Shown: positions 38,631 through 49,189, counted from the stretch's first letter. The stretch is 64,000 nt of DNA from Alphaproteobacteria bacterium (GCA_015062445.1 SUUQ01000003.1:15623-79622); one strand, 5' to 3'. The notes: generated from the letters alone by a model not told the origin. Program-made: numbers and translations.

Positions 38631-39355
38631 TCTGAAAAATATTGCTGCTTTTGCGTTTGTGATGTCTTGTACATTGCGTCAAATTTCGATTCTGCCGCCG
38701 CCAACGATGCGGGGTTATCACCCAGGGGCGCATCGTAATCAGCACCGTTTAGTGTAATAATTCTGGTTGGTTCTTGTTTGCTGCCGCATTCAATATAATA
38801 TTCAGATGGATTATAATATTTGCCATAGCATTTGCCATTGTCAACAAAGGCATAACCCATTTCGGCCAATGTTTCGCAGTTTGGATTTTCGCCAGTTGTT
38901 GATATTTCGCCGTTTTCCAAGAATTCATCTGGATTGGATAAAATGCCAGAACACCATACGGGTACATAGGTGTTGCCAACATATGCCATAGAGCCGCCTT
39001 CGGCGGTTTTTCGGCGGCCAAAGCAATCACCGTATTCGGATAATTCATTTACGTCAAAATCATTGCGGATGTTTTCGCCACGCAATATCGCACTGCGTTC
39101 CATTGCGACAGCATCGTCGCCAGTCGGATTTTTCAACGCGTCTGCGCAGATTAATTTTAATCCCCAACAGTTTCCAGATTTGTCCCACGATTCGGGATTG
39201 CCCATTTCAATAAAATAACCTGCGGTCATGTTGGTATAGCAGTTCGCTGGATTTATACGACATACGGTTGGACGTAACCACCATGGTACAACATCTGCGT
39301 GTGATGCCGTTATAATGCATAATGAACAAAATGAAAGATATATTAGTTTTTTCAT
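38627..39355 (-). CDS. Secreted cysteine/tryptophan-rich protein (start moved to internal ATG at 39355)
   Basis: Signal MKKLIYLSFCSLCIITASHA preceded by an aggaaagg RBS, with about 16 Cys. Confidence 0.5.
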   Translation of the reverse strand: MKKLIYLSFCSLCIITASHADVVPWWLRPTVCRINPANCYTNMTAGYFIEMGNPESWDKSGNCWGLKLICADALKNPTGDDAVAMERSAILRGENIRNDFDVNELSEYGDCFGRRKTAEGGSMAYVGNTYVPVWCSGILSNPDEFLENGEISTTGENPNCETLAEMGYAFVDNGKCYGKYYNPSEYYIECGSKQEPTRIITLNGADYDAPLGDNPASLAAAESKFDAMYKTSQTQKQQYFSE

Positions 39356-39411
39356 GGTTCCTTTCCTGGTTGTCGTCATTTTATCAGATTTTCCCCTGTG
39401 TTGCCAGTCTT

Positions 39412-42360
39412 TTATTCGGTTGTCCCATCGAACCAAAATGAGTATATCGTTTGGTTATTCATGGTGGCATATGTTGGAGATTTTCCATCGTTGATGTTAA
39501 AGAAGTTGCCTGCGGGGTCAGAACTTGTATGTTGCAGGGTTGAATATAGTCCAAGTTTGCATGATGGGTTTGTCGAGCAGGTTGCGCGCGCAACATCGGA
39601 TGGCCATGTTGGTTGTTCGCCGCATATGGCAGAAACTGTTTGAGTCGTTGGCGTTATGGCACCATTTGGGCAACATCCTGCGTTTGTTGTGTTGTTAAGT
39701 GTTAGAGTGACAGTCGCACCAGCCGTGCATGATAAGCTGGGGCCACTGTTGCTGCCACTGGAACTGCTGCCTGTGCCACTGCCTGTGCCACTGCCTGTGC
39801 CAGTTGTTGCGGATGCAGATGTGGTGGTGGTTGCGTTGGGATCTGTGGCGCAGAAACCCCATTTTGTGTTTGCACCGGTTTCATCATAAAATGCCTTGTT
39901 TTGTGTGTGGCCGGTGTCGTCATGTTTCAGGTCGGGGTTGGTTTGGTTTAGCCCCAGAATAGTGGAGTTTTCCTTTTCGCATGCCTGCTGTAGGTTGGCG
40001 GTGTCGGTGGCATCTTTGCCGGTTATTGTGTTGCAGTTTTTGATTTTGTCAATCCATACGGTGTTCACCCAAATGCCGCCCCAACGTTCACATTCGACAG
40101 ATAATGATTGTGCCATTGATACACGGAACTTGTCCATGACCATATTTATGTCTTGCATAACTGTGGCAGGTAATTCGTTTGTATTTTCAGATGGACGGGC
40201 ACATGCCTGACGTGCGTGACGAACCAGTTTGTGATACATACTGCCAACATAGTCGGGACCGCATATACCGTATTCGAATTTGTTTATGTTGTTTTCAAGA
40301 ACTGGCGCTGCGGTTCCGCCATCGCATCTGTACCCAGTGTAACATTCTAAGCACTGGTTACCAGGTTTTTTGTTTGGATCTGGTTCGTTGTTATAGGCCA
40401 GGAAATATCCGGCTTTGCACGATGTGTATATGCGACTGCCAACCGGGCACATGTATGCAGGGCGGGTTGGGGTAAATGTCGAATCTGGGACAGGTTCGCC
40501 ACCACCACTGATACCAATGGTGTTCGATGTGGTTTCATTCTTGGTTATGTCATTGCATATAGTAATTTGGGCATATTTTTGTTCGCCGGGGGCATACATG
40601 CGACATGCGTATGGGTATCCGTGTGTAGAATCGTTGTCGGGTGGAATACACAGCGTGTTTGCAAAATCTTGCAGGGCTGTGGCACAATTGTTCGCAATTT
40701 GTTGCGTGGTTATGTTCTTCATCGCGTTTAATAATTCGGCAAAACCATTTGGGCCGCCACCGTACAGGTTGCTGCAGGCGTCCAGTTTTTCACGACACAT
40801 TTCTTCGGATAATTCTAGTTGGGTGCCCAACAGTAACTGTTCATCGGTATTGCTGAAGTCTTTTAATGATTGACGTTGGCTGTCATAGCAATTGTTTACA
40901 ACGTCCAGACACTCTGTTTTGACCTGGCGGATGCGATCTTGTTGACCTTGGTATATTTCGCTGATTGCCTGGCGCAGAAATTCGTCCCAGACGGTGTCTG
41001 CAATGTCACGACAAGTGTCCAGTCCGCGTTCGGCAAAAATACGCTTGCGATTTAATTCGGCAACCAGCAGACGGTTCGACTGATTCGTCAGAACATCACC
41101 AGATAATGATATTTGTGATGTTAACTGATAAAAGTTTGGGCTGTAAATCGGTTCGCCCGTTTCAATGTTCAAGTATAACCCAGTTATGTCCAGACAGTGT
41201 ATATAATCTGTGCCACATGCAGTGTCGGCTGTGATGTCTTGGCGAACCTGGGCGATGCAGTCGTGGATTGTGCTGGAATTGTGTGCGTTATAGGTTTCCA
41301 GGCGGGCAATGTTCATTGCGTGTTCGGTATTGCGGATGTTGCTGTTGGCATTGGTTAGTTGTTTATCCAGGTTGTCAATTAACAGTGAACAGTCGTTCTC
41401 GATATACATGCCATATGCAGATACAACCATTGTTTGGGTTTCTGAACTGGGGCATTTGTCCGCGACAAGTTCGGAACACTGGGCGTGAACTGCGTTGTAT
41501 AATGCTTCGCCTGTCAGGTTGGCGATGTTGACACCACCCGCAAGATCCGTTGTGGCCCAAATCGCGTTGATGTCGCCGGCAATGTCCAGGGTGCCTTGGG
41601 TTGATAATGATTTCTTTTTTGTATCGTAAAGGATTTCACTGATGCCGGACAAGTGTGATGCACTGGCAGATTTATCGCGGGTTATGGATTGTGTGTATTC
41701 GCCGGCAGATGCGGACATCATTGCGTTTACCTCGCCTGCGGTCTTGTCAATAATGGCCAGGTTCAGGTTGGTAAAATCTTGTAATTGATCAGATGCCTGG
41801 GACAGGGCACGCTCGCGTGATTGAATTTCGGTTAGTTTTGATGAGCATATGCACCGGCGATACGTATCGCTTGCTGTTGAACAAAACTGATCCATGCAGG
41901 TGAAATATGCATCGCGACATGTGTTATAGCCAGTGCCAAATGTTATGGAATCGTGCGCAGACATGGTAATTGTTGCGCGGGAATTGGTCGCAGATCGGGC
42001 CGCACGACCAGCAGATGCGTTTACTGCCCCAGAACGTGATGTGCCAGTTATCCCGCCAGCGCGGGGGGCAGGTGTCTTTTTGGTTGCTGTGCGGGCAATG
42101 GTGGTTGTGGTACTGCGGTCATTTGTTGCAGTGCGTGATGTCGTTTTGGATGGGGGTGTGGCTGTGCGCGCAATTGTTGTGCGTGCAACTGTGCGTGGTA
42201 TCAATGGACGGGTGACGGTGCTGCTGCTGTTGTTGGCGGTGCGTGCGACTGTTTGTTTGGATTGGGGGCCGCGTACAGGTGAATTTTCATCGCGAACAGC
42301 GGCATTGGATATACCAATGCCCAATATCAGGGTCAGGATAAAATAATAAACCTTTCTCAT
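39412..42360 (-). CDS. Large secreted cysteine-rich protein (paralog family), Ser/Thr/Arg-rich N-terminal low complexity and (GSGT)n tract
   Basis: Signal MRKVYYFILTLILGIGISNA and the family motif CRDAYFTCMDQFCSTASDTYRRCICS. Confidence 0.6.
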   Translation of the reverse strand: MRKVYYFILTLILGIGISNAAVRDENSPVRGPQSKQTVARTANNSSSTVTRPLIPRTVARTTIARTATPPSKTTSRTATNDRSTTTTIARTATKKTPAPRAGGITGTSRSGAVNASAGRAARSATNSRATITMSAHDSITFGTGYNTCRDAYFTCMDQFCSTASDTYRRCICSSKLTEIQSRERALSQASDQLQDFTNLNLAIIDKTAGEVNAMMSASAGEYTQSITRDKSASASHLSGISEILYDTKKKSLSTQGTLDIAGDINAIWATTDLAGGVNIANLTGEALYNAVHAQCSELVADKCPSSETQTMVVSAYGMYIENDCSLLIDNLDKQLTNANSNIRNTEHAMNIARLETYNAHNSSTIHDCIAQVRQDITADTACGTDYIHCLDITGLYLNIETGEPIYSPNFYQLTSQISLSGDVLTNQSNRLLVAELNRKRIFAERGLDTCRDIADTVWDEFLRQAISEIYQGQQDRIRQVKTECLDVVNNCYDSQRQSLKDFSNTDEQLLLGTQLELSEEMCREKLDACSNLYGGGPNGFAELLNAMKNITTQQIANNCATALQDFANTLCIPPDNDSTHGYPYACRMYAPGEQKYAQITICNDITKNETTSNTIGISGGGEPVPDSTFTPTRPAYMCPVGSRIYTSCKAGYFLAYNNEPDPNKKPGNQCLECYTGYRCDGGTAAPVLENNINKFEYGICGPDYVGSMYHKLVRHARQACARPSENTNELPATVMQDINMVMDKFRVSMAQSLSVECERWGGIWVNTVWIDKIKNCNTITGKDATDTANLQQACEKENSTILGLNQTNPDLKHDDTGHTQNKAFYDETGANTKWGFCATDPNATTTTSASATTGTGSGTGSGTGSSSSGSNSGPSLSCTAGATVTLTLNNTTNAGCCPNGAITPTTQTVSAICGEQPTWPSDVARATCSTNPSCKLGLYSTLQHTSSDPAGNFFNINDGKSPTYATMNNQTIYSFWFDGTTE

Positions 42361-42456
42361 CCGAGTGTACTGTACAGGTATATGTTATCAAAAAATGTAA
42401 TCACAGACAAGAAAAATGAATGAAAAATACAGAAAAAAACCCACCGATTGGTGGGA

Positions 42457-42705
42457 TTAATTTGATGCGGTGTCGGTGCCAGGACGGGTGCGTTCAACAA
42501 ATGTTATGCGACCCTTGTCCAAATCGTATGGGGTCATTTCAACACGAACACGTTCGCCAACGTTAACCCATATGCGCAGTTTGCGCATCTTGCCACAGAC
42601 AGTCGCCAAAATTTCATGCCCGTTATCTAGCTTTACACGGAACATTGTGTTGGGCAGTTTGTCTTCGACAGTGCCACTGAATACGATTACATCATCTTTT
42701 GCCAT
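42457..42705 (-). CDS. infA: Translation initiation factor IF-1
   Basis: [55 protein letters not shown] is near-canonical IF-1. Confidence 0.9.
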   Translation of the reverse strand: MAKDDVIVFSGTVEDKLPNTMFRVKLDNGHEILATVCGKMRKLRIWVNVGERVRVEMTPYDLDKGRITFVERTRPGTDTASN

Positions 42706-42836
42706 TGTTTATTCCTAAGTGTTTTATTCGTGATATCCTATAATAAATACTGGAAAAATGCAAGCGGTTTTTATCTGCTTGCACCCGGGGCGAACATCTG
42801 ATAAAATAATACATAACTTATGTAGGGTGGAGTCGA

Positions 42837-44987
42837 ATGAATATAAGAATTCTTGCATCATTATTGGTTTTAATTCCTGGGGCGGCGTTCGCAGCAGAAC
42901 GTGATGCAAATGCACGTGTCGGTGTACAGCGTGTTTCAATGGCGGGTGTGCGGGGGCCAAATATGGCGAAAAATATTCAGGCAACCTTGCCACTGAATGG
43001 TGGTGGACAAATTGAAAATAATGGTGGGCAAACGCCACCTGTTCAGCCAGATTCAGGGGGTGTTAATCAGCCAACAGATGATGTTGAACAGAAACCAAAT
43101 GGCAGTCAGGACTGTCGCGAGGCATATCGGGCATGTATGGATGAATTTTGTCTGCTGGATGAATCCGAAGGGTATAGATGTGCGTGTTCTTCAAATATTA
43201 ATCAGTCAAAGTCGCTGATACAGGAAATTCAGAAAATCCAGGAAGAGGCAGATAAACTGTATACCGAAGGTGTAGAGCGAGAACAACTGGGGGCGAAAGT
43301 TCGACTGGTGTTCGGTGAAAGTGAAGCAGCAAAGAAAAGTTCGCGCGCATCAGGGCTTAGTTTTACTGAGTGGTTGAACAGTGGAAACGAAACAGATGAT
43401 GAAGCGCTGGATGCCGATGAAGATATTGGTGATGGGCTGTATGCAATGGCATCAGAATACTGTGCGTCAGAACTGGAATCGTGCGGAACCAAGGCAGAAA
43501 TGGAAGAAATGCTGTATTCGCGTCAGATTGTTGCGGACTGTAAGGGATTTAGTTCATATCTGACAGAGCAAAAGGCAAATGCGCAGGCAAATAAACGCAC
43601 CGCAGAGGCGGCTGTGCGTCAGGCCAGATTAGCAATGTTGGACACAACGAACCGGTATAATCGTGGTGAGTGCCTGTTGGCATATCGTTCATGTATTGCA
43701 GATAAAGGTGGTTGCGGCGCAAACTTTGAAAACTGTTTGGATGTTGATTTGCTGGGGCGGCGTGCGAATGCCTGTGAAAATGTGCTGGATCAATGTCTGG
43801 CAGTCAAAGATTATGTGTTGCAAGATTGGGCGGCCGAAGCAGAATCAATACTGGTAGATGCGGCAAAGTATGCAGATAAATATCGCAGACAGACATGTCT
43901 GGCGCAAATTCAAGTTTGTTTGGAAGATGGTTGTTCAACAACAACAAATTCTGCGTGTTTGACAGATGTTAATGTCGCAGCAGGGGTGTGTCCAATTATT
44001 GACGAATGTAATGAAATTATCCCAGGAATTAAGGCCGTTGTAAATGACAAGTTGGGGTATCTGCGTACGCAATTCTGTCAGAACGATATCGATGCATGTT
44101 TGCGTGATAAGTGTGGTGAAAACTTTACTGCACCAGAATGCGTCGGAAAAAAGGTTTCTGAAATTGTTGAAATGTGTCCACAAAATATGTTCCCATCATG
44201 TAAAAATGAAACACAGTTCGATATAATTGTGTCGGCGGCGGTGCTGCAGATGGATTATCAGATGATGCAGGGATGTATTAACTATTTCGGGGAACAGTTG
44301 GGTAAAACGTGCGGAACGGATATGGCTTGTTTGCCGTCTGATGATACGGTTATGGGGCTGACTGAAATCCCAGCAGATGAAGCCAGTATGATTGAACTGA
44401 GAACACGGGTGCGTAATAATGCCCAGTTGGCAGTCGATGAATTCTTTAAGCAATTTGAACAGGATATAACAGTCGCGGCCTGTGCAGATGCAAAAAAACC
44501 AGCAGGACGTAGCAGTCTGGGGGATAGTGTTTTTAATACGGCAAAGTTAATTGCAGAAATTGGTGCGGAAAATCGGGCAATGCGTGAACTGGAATCGAAA
44601 ATTGCAGAACTGTCGCGCCAGCAGGATTTGGCGGCTGCAGAAGCAAACTGCTATGCCACGTACAAGGTGGAAACACCAGATGAGTCTGATAAAAATTATA
44701 GCTATATCCGCAGTGTTTCGTTTGAACCAAGTTTACGCAACTGTCATGTGTGCCGTATGCAGCAGGTTTGTGAAACAGGTGGTGAAACCAAGGGAACTGC
44801 AGGGTTGAAGGGACTGGCAGGCGGATTGTCTGCTGGGGCTGCGGCAGGTACAATGGTAACACCAGGATGGGGAACTGCCATCGGTGGTATTGTTGGTGCA
44901 GTTGGTGGATTCTTTGCGGGACGCAGTGGTGCAGGTCAACAAGATTTCTGTCAGGAAATTGAAAGCTGTGAAGATATAAATATGTAG
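42837..44987 (+). CDS. Large secreted cysteine-rich protein (paralog family), 716 aa
   Basis: Signal peptide, then CREAYRACMDEFCLLDESEGYRCACS, CGANFENC, CENVLDQC, CHVC, and a C-terminal CEDINM. Confidence 0.65.
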   Translation: MNIRILASLLVLIPGAAFAAERDANARVGVQRVSMAGVRGPNMAKNIQATLPLNGGGQIENNGGQTPPVQPDSGGVNQPTDDVEQKPNGSQDCREAYRACMDEFCLLDESEGYRCACSSNINQSKSLIQEIQKIQEEADKLYTEGVEREQLGAKVRLVFGESEAAKKSSRASGLSFTEWLNSGNETDDEALDADEDIGDGLYAMASEYCASELESCGTKAEMEEMLYSRQIVADCKGFSSYLTEQKANAQANKRTAEAAVRQARLAMLDTTNRYNRGECLLAYRSCIADKGGCGANFENCLDVDLLGRRANACENVLDQCLAVKDYVLQDWAAEAESILVDAAKYADKYRRQTCLAQIQVCLEDGCSTTTNSACLTDVNVAAGVCPIIDECNEIIPGIKAVVNDKLGYLRTQFCQNDIDACLRDKCGENFTAPECVGKKVSEIVEMCPQNMFPSCKNETQFDIIVSAAVLQMDYQMMQGCINYFGEQLGKTCGTDMACLPSDDTVMGLTEIPADEASMIELRTRVRNNAQLAVDEFFKQFEQDITVAACADAKKPAGRSSLGDSVFNTAKLIAEIGAENRAMRELESKIAELSRQQDLAAAEANCYATYKVETPDESDKNYSYIRSVSFEPSLRNCHVCRMQQVCETGGETKGTAGLKGLAGGLSAGAAAGTMVTPGWGTAIGGIVGAVGGFFAGRSGAGQQDFCQEIESCEDINM

Positions 44988-45009
44988 TCAACCCACGGGA
45001 GAGAGAAGT

Positions 45010-47475
45010 ATGAAATATAAGTCTGGTTTGTTATGTTCGGTGATGGCAGGATTGATGCTGTTGCCGGCATATAGTGTGGTGGCAGCGCCAAAGAAAGTCA
45101 GTAAACAGTCTGCAATTCAAAAGGGAACATCTGTTCGAACAAAGGCCGATGCCAAGGGGCTGTATGATCAGGCATGTTATGATGCATATTATGGATGTAT
45201 GGATCAATTTTGTATTTCTGATAATGAAAGTGGTGGCAGTTGTGCATGCAGTGATTTACATGAAAAATACGAAAAACAATTCGCAGAAATTCAAGAAATG
45301 ATGGTCGAGGCCGAACGAATCGCAACGGTCGAAGTGGAAAAAGTCAAGGCAGGTGCACAGGCGGATATTATCTTTACAGGTACCAGACAATATGATGAAA
45401 ATGGTAACTTGGTCGATGTTGATGATATATCGGTTGAAGATGAAAAAGAAAAAAAACGTGCAGATTTAATGGCGCTGTGGGAAAATAATTTTGATGCAGA
45501 TCAGGATGATGATATTTGGGGCAGTGAAGGTATTGATTTTTCTGACCTGACTGGCAGTGCACTGTACAAGGCGGCAGAGGAGTTGTGTTTGGAACAAGTG
45601 CCAGAAGAATGTGATGGAGATATATCTTTGTTGCGCAATATGTATTCCAGACAAATTACATCTGATTGTAGAGGGTTCGAAAACAGTTTGGCCGCAAAAA
45701 AGTCCGAGGCAGAATTGGCAATAGCAAATGCAAATGCAGATGTCCGTACGGCATTAAAAGAAAGCTTTGACGAGGCAAATAAATATGATCTGGGACAGTG
45801 TATGGTTCAGTTCAAAAAGTGTATGCAGACCGAGGATGCCTGTGGTGATAATTGGGAAAACTGTGTTTCAGTAATTGCATCTGAAAATATGCAAAATAAT
45901 CAGGCAAAAAGTACTGCTGGGTCCAAGGTTGCAACAGTTGATAAGTATGATATTACGGAATCAACAATGGAAATTATGACCGCAAAACGTACAATTTGTG
46001 AAAATGTCTTGGGACAGTGCATGGCAGTGCGGGACATGGTTTGGCCAGCATTCCTGCGCGAGGCAGCACCTACAATTAAAGTGGCAGAAGCGGCCGCAGA
46101 ATCAAAATTCCGTCAGTCTTGTCTGACAAATATTTCAAACTGTATTCAACGGGCGTGTAAAGATGATATTGCCGGTAAAGGGGTAGATTCAATGGATGCA
46201 TGTCTGTCACGACCAGATATGGCACGCAGTTTCTGTAAAGTTGAAATTGACCCATGTGAAAGGATGGAGCCGTTGATTTGGGGGTATGTTGTCGATAAAC
46301 TGGCCGCAATGCGTGTCGATGCGTGTACCCAGGAGGTTAAAGATTGCTTTACCGCAGATACACGTTGCGGGGAAAATTTCCAGAACTGTATTGGTATGGA
46401 CTATGAATTTATCCATGAGATTTGTCCGATTGACAGTCTGGTCGTGTGTAAAGCCAATAATCCAAATTTCTCGATGGATGACTTAGATTCGATGTTGATG
46501 GGACTGTATCTGAATATTGATAATTCTGCACTGGATCAGTGTCAGGAAATTGTCGACAGAAAAATGGCTGAAATTTGCGGCAGTACAACAGACTGTAACA
46601 GATTTGCTGCAGATGATACAATCGGTACAGGCAGTTTGCGTTCCCAGAAAGATGGAAATGTCTATCGGGTTACAGGTATGATTTCGTTCGGTTCAATTAA
46701 AATGGGCGATGCATCTGGAAAAACCCAGGATGTTGGTGATGATGCATCTGTAAAACTGGGGCCGGGTGAAATCGGTGTCCAGGAATACCTGGCCCAGGTT
46801 CGTGAACGTAATGCAAATGTTGCAAATGCAGAAGCAATCATTTCAACAATCGAAGCGGAATTGAATAATATCGCAGGTACAATTAATCGTACAATTGAAA
46901 TGATTGAATCTGACCCAGAAGTACAATTCTGTGTGTCGGGACGTGATTTGTCACAAATTACCGGCAAAAGTGGTCAGAAGACAACGGCAAGATTCCCGAA
47001 CCTGTTGAACCAGGTTAAAATGCAAATTGCAATTTCGGCACTGCGTCAGGCACAAGATAACTATAATGAAAAGTTTAATGGCGCAGTTGCAGATGCGACC
47101 AAGGATGCATCGGCAGATCTGGCAGAATATATGTGTCATAAGATTGCACAAAGTGGCGGATTGGCAATCGGGGCAGTTGGGGTTGATACACCATTGGCAC
47201 CACCATACGCAATTTCATATGATGTTGGGACAGGGTTGACGGCCCAGGATTTGACACAAGGCGGAATAGGTGAAACATCATTCAAAAGCGATAATGGCAG
47301 TGGTATGTCAAAAGAAACAACTGCGGTCTTTAATCGTGATGCAAGAATCTGTCATGTGTGTACAACAATTACAACACAAAGTTGTACGGTCAAAGGGGGA
47401 AATTGGTTCCGGAAAAAGAACACCAGTTGTACCACAGAAACAAAAGACCCAATTTGTGAAGATATTCAAATGTAG
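45010..47475 (+). CDS. Large secreted cysteine-rich protein (paralog family), 821 aa
   Basis: Signal peptide, then CYDAYYGCMDQFCISDNESGGSCACS, CGDNWENC, CENVLGQC, ICHVC, and a C-terminal CEDIQM. Confidence 0.65.
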   Translation: MKYKSGLLCSVMAGLMLLPAYSVVAAPKKVSKQSAIQKGTSVRTKADAKGLYDQACYDAYYGCMDQFCISDNESGGSCACSDLHEKYEKQFAEIQEMMVEAERIATVEVEKVKAGAQADIIFTGTRQYDENGNLVDVDDISVEDEKEKKRADLMALWENNFDADQDDDIWGSEGIDFSDLTGSALYKAAEELCLEQVPEECDGDISLLRNMYSRQITSDCRGFENSLAAKKSEAELAIANANADVRTALKESFDEANKYDLGQCMVQFKKCMQTEDACGDNWENCVSVIASENMQNNQAKSTAGSKVATVDKYDITESTMEIMTAKRTICENVLGQCMAVRDMVWPAFLREAAPTIKVAEAAAESKFRQSCLTNISNCIQRACKDDIAGKGVDSMDACLSRPDMARSFCKVEIDPCERMEPLIWGYVVDKLAAMRVDACTQEVKDCFTADTRCGENFQNCIGMDYEFIHEICPIDSLVVCKANNPNFSMDDLDSMLMGLYLNIDNSALDQCQEIVDRKMAEICGSTTDCNRFAADDTIGTGSLRSQKDGNVYRVTGMISFGSIKMGDASGKTQDVGDDASVKLGPGEIGVQEYLAQVRERNANVANAEAIISTIEAELNNIAGTINRTIEMIESDPEVQFCVSGRDLSQITGKSGQKTTARFPNLLNQVKMQIAISALRQAQDNYNEKFNGAVADATKDASADLAEYMCHKIAQSGGLAIGAVGVDTPLAPPYAISYDVGTGLTAQDLTQGGIGETSFKSDNGSGMSKETTAVFNRDARICHVCTTITTQSCTVKGGNWFRKKNTSCTTETKDPICEDIQM

Positions 47476-47477
47476 CA

Positions 47478-47510
47478 TTCAGACGGGGCAAAGTCGCCCC
47501 GTCTTTTTTG
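47478..47510 (+). terminator. Rho-independent terminator
   Basis: GACGGGGCaaagtcGCCCCGTC followed by a T run. Confidence 0.5.
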
Positions 47511-47588
47511 GTAAAAAATCCTGGACAAATTCTGGTCTGTGTATGATATAATTTGTTTGCAATTAACTTTAACCAAGGGAGTTTTCAA

Positions 47589-47975
47589 ATGAAAATATTT
47601 TCAATGTCTGTGTTGATGTCCGTTTTGACGATTGGATTGGCGTCTGCAAATTTCCAGGGACCAGATGCCGCCGCACCAGTGGCAACAAATTCCAAGGGCG
47701 GATTCGTCAGCGGTGCAGAAACAATCGTTACTGTCAAGCAGGTAAATGAAATGCGGGATGATGTTCCGGTTATTATCAAGGGACATATTGTTCAACGTAT
47801 GGGCGATGAAAAATATCTGTTCGAAGATGCAACGGGGTCAATCACTGTTGAAATTGATGATGACGATTGGCGGGGACAGACAATTACACCAACTGATACA
47901 GTAAAAATGTATGGCGAAGTTGATCGTGGAATATTCAAGACTGAAATTGATATAGACTATGTTGAAAAAATCTGA
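47589..47975 (+). CDS. YgiW/YdeI (BOF, bacterial OB-fold) family periplasmic protein
   Basis: TVKQVNEMRDDVPVIIKGHIVQRMGDEKYLFEDATGSITVEIDDDDW..VKMYGEVDRGIFKTEIDIDYVEKI matches the BOF family pattern. Signal peptide present. Confidence 0.75.
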   Translation: MKIFSMSVLMSVLTIGLASANFQGPDAAAPVATNSKGGFVSGAETIVTVKQVNEMRDDVPVIIKGHIVQRMGDEKYLFEDATGSITVEIDDDDWRGQTITPTDTVKMYGEVDRGIFKTEIDIDYVEKI

Positions 47976-47983
47976 ATAAAAAA

Positions 47984-48012
47984 CTAATCCCCCAAATCGG
48001 GGGATTTTTTTT
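47984..48012. terminator. Bidirectional terminator
   Basis: AATCCCCCaaatcGGGGGATT flanked by A and T runs. Confidence 0.5.
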
Positions 48013-49093
48013 AGTCAATCTGGACAGGTGTGATGGTTTGACGTTTGACCGTGTCCAGGGGATGATATTGAAATGGTACGGCAACAAAGTCTATGTCGTG
48101 CATGTCGATGCTGCGAATCGTGCGGTTGTACATGGTGTGATAGTATATCCGCATGTTCTGCAGGTCGGTCGCAATTGTCCACTGGGTTGCCGCGGGCATG
48201 TCGTTGGGGGCCCTGCCGACTGCAAATTGCACGCCCAATGGAACGTTGACGTTGTCCAATATCTGAAATGCCTGTTGCATTGCGTTATATGCGTTGCTGG
48301 GGGGCAGTGAATAGGTTTGTAAAAATGCAGCACGTACAAATCGTGATGGTGGGGTAAAGTCCCCAGGTAACCCCAAAAATCCAGCCCCAGAACCAAATGC
48401 ACGCAATGTTATTGGGCCGAACTTGGTTGGGCCTGCACCGCCAGGATGCAGATTTACATAGTTGTTCAGATTTGTCATGTGCCATGGAAAGCCCGGTGAA
48501 TTTGTTAATACACCAATTTCATTTTCGTAAAAGTTGGGACGACCATCAACAATTTCCATAACAACTTGGCGGCCGGATGGCTCGGTTATGCGCCAGTGGA
48601 CAGTCGCTGCGGATGGGTCTACGTTGATAATGCGAACATTGTTTATCGCTGATTTTACCTGGTCTATGCTGGAAAATCGAGACAGTATCCAGGATACAAC
48701 CTGGAAATCGGCCAAAGATATGTCTTGGTCGTTTTCGTTGTATGGTTCATATTCGCCATAGTTGGGAAAGTAAAACAAGGCCGCAGATAAACCGGCTTCG
48801 TTCGTGCCGTCAATCACAAATTCTGGTTGCTGGACCGCCAGACCAACATATCCATACAATGATATAAATGACAGACCGTCCATTTCACCGTTGGGTAATA
48901 ATGATTGCTGGGCATGGCCACGGGGGACGATTGTGTACATGCTGTTGTTTTCTGCGCCAGACCAGTCCATCGTACGGGCCGCAATTGTGGCACCGTCTGT
49001 GGATTTTACTGTGATGCCTGTGCAGGCAAATGCCGCAGGTGACAGTAAAAACATGGCTGCGGCAGTGGTTAGTATTGTTTTGCGTGTGTTCAT
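48011..49093 (-). CDS. Choloylglycine hydrolase / linear amide C-N hydrolase family (Ntn-hydrolase) protein
   Basis: Signal peptide ending ..AAFA|CTGITVKSTDG, giving the N-terminal Cys nucleophile. Length and pattern fit the CBAH family. Confidence 0.7.
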   Translation of the reverse strand: MNTRKTILTTAAAMFLLSPAAFACTGITVKSTDGATIAARTMDWSGAENNSMYTIVPRGHAQQSLLPNGEMDGLSFISLYGYVGLAVQQPEFVIDGTNEAGLSAALFYFPNYGEYEPYNENDQDISLADFQVVSWILSRFSSIDQVKSAINNVRIINVDPSAATVHWRITEPSGRQVVMEIVDGRPNFYENEIGVLTNSPGFPWHMTNLNNYVNLHPGGAGPTKFGPITLRAFGSGAGFLGLPGDFTPPSRFVRAAFLQTYSLPPSNAYNAMQQAFQILDNVNVPLGVQFAVGRAPNDMPAATQWTIATDLQNMRIYYHTMYNRTIRSIDMHDIDFVAVPFQYHPLDTVKRQTITPVQID

Positions 49094-49189
49094 GTGATTG
49101 TACCTCCAGATATAAACAAATTATTTATGTCCTGTTGAGTTTGGGCAATAGGAACCATTGCCATACAGAATAATTGACAGGGGGAAAGA

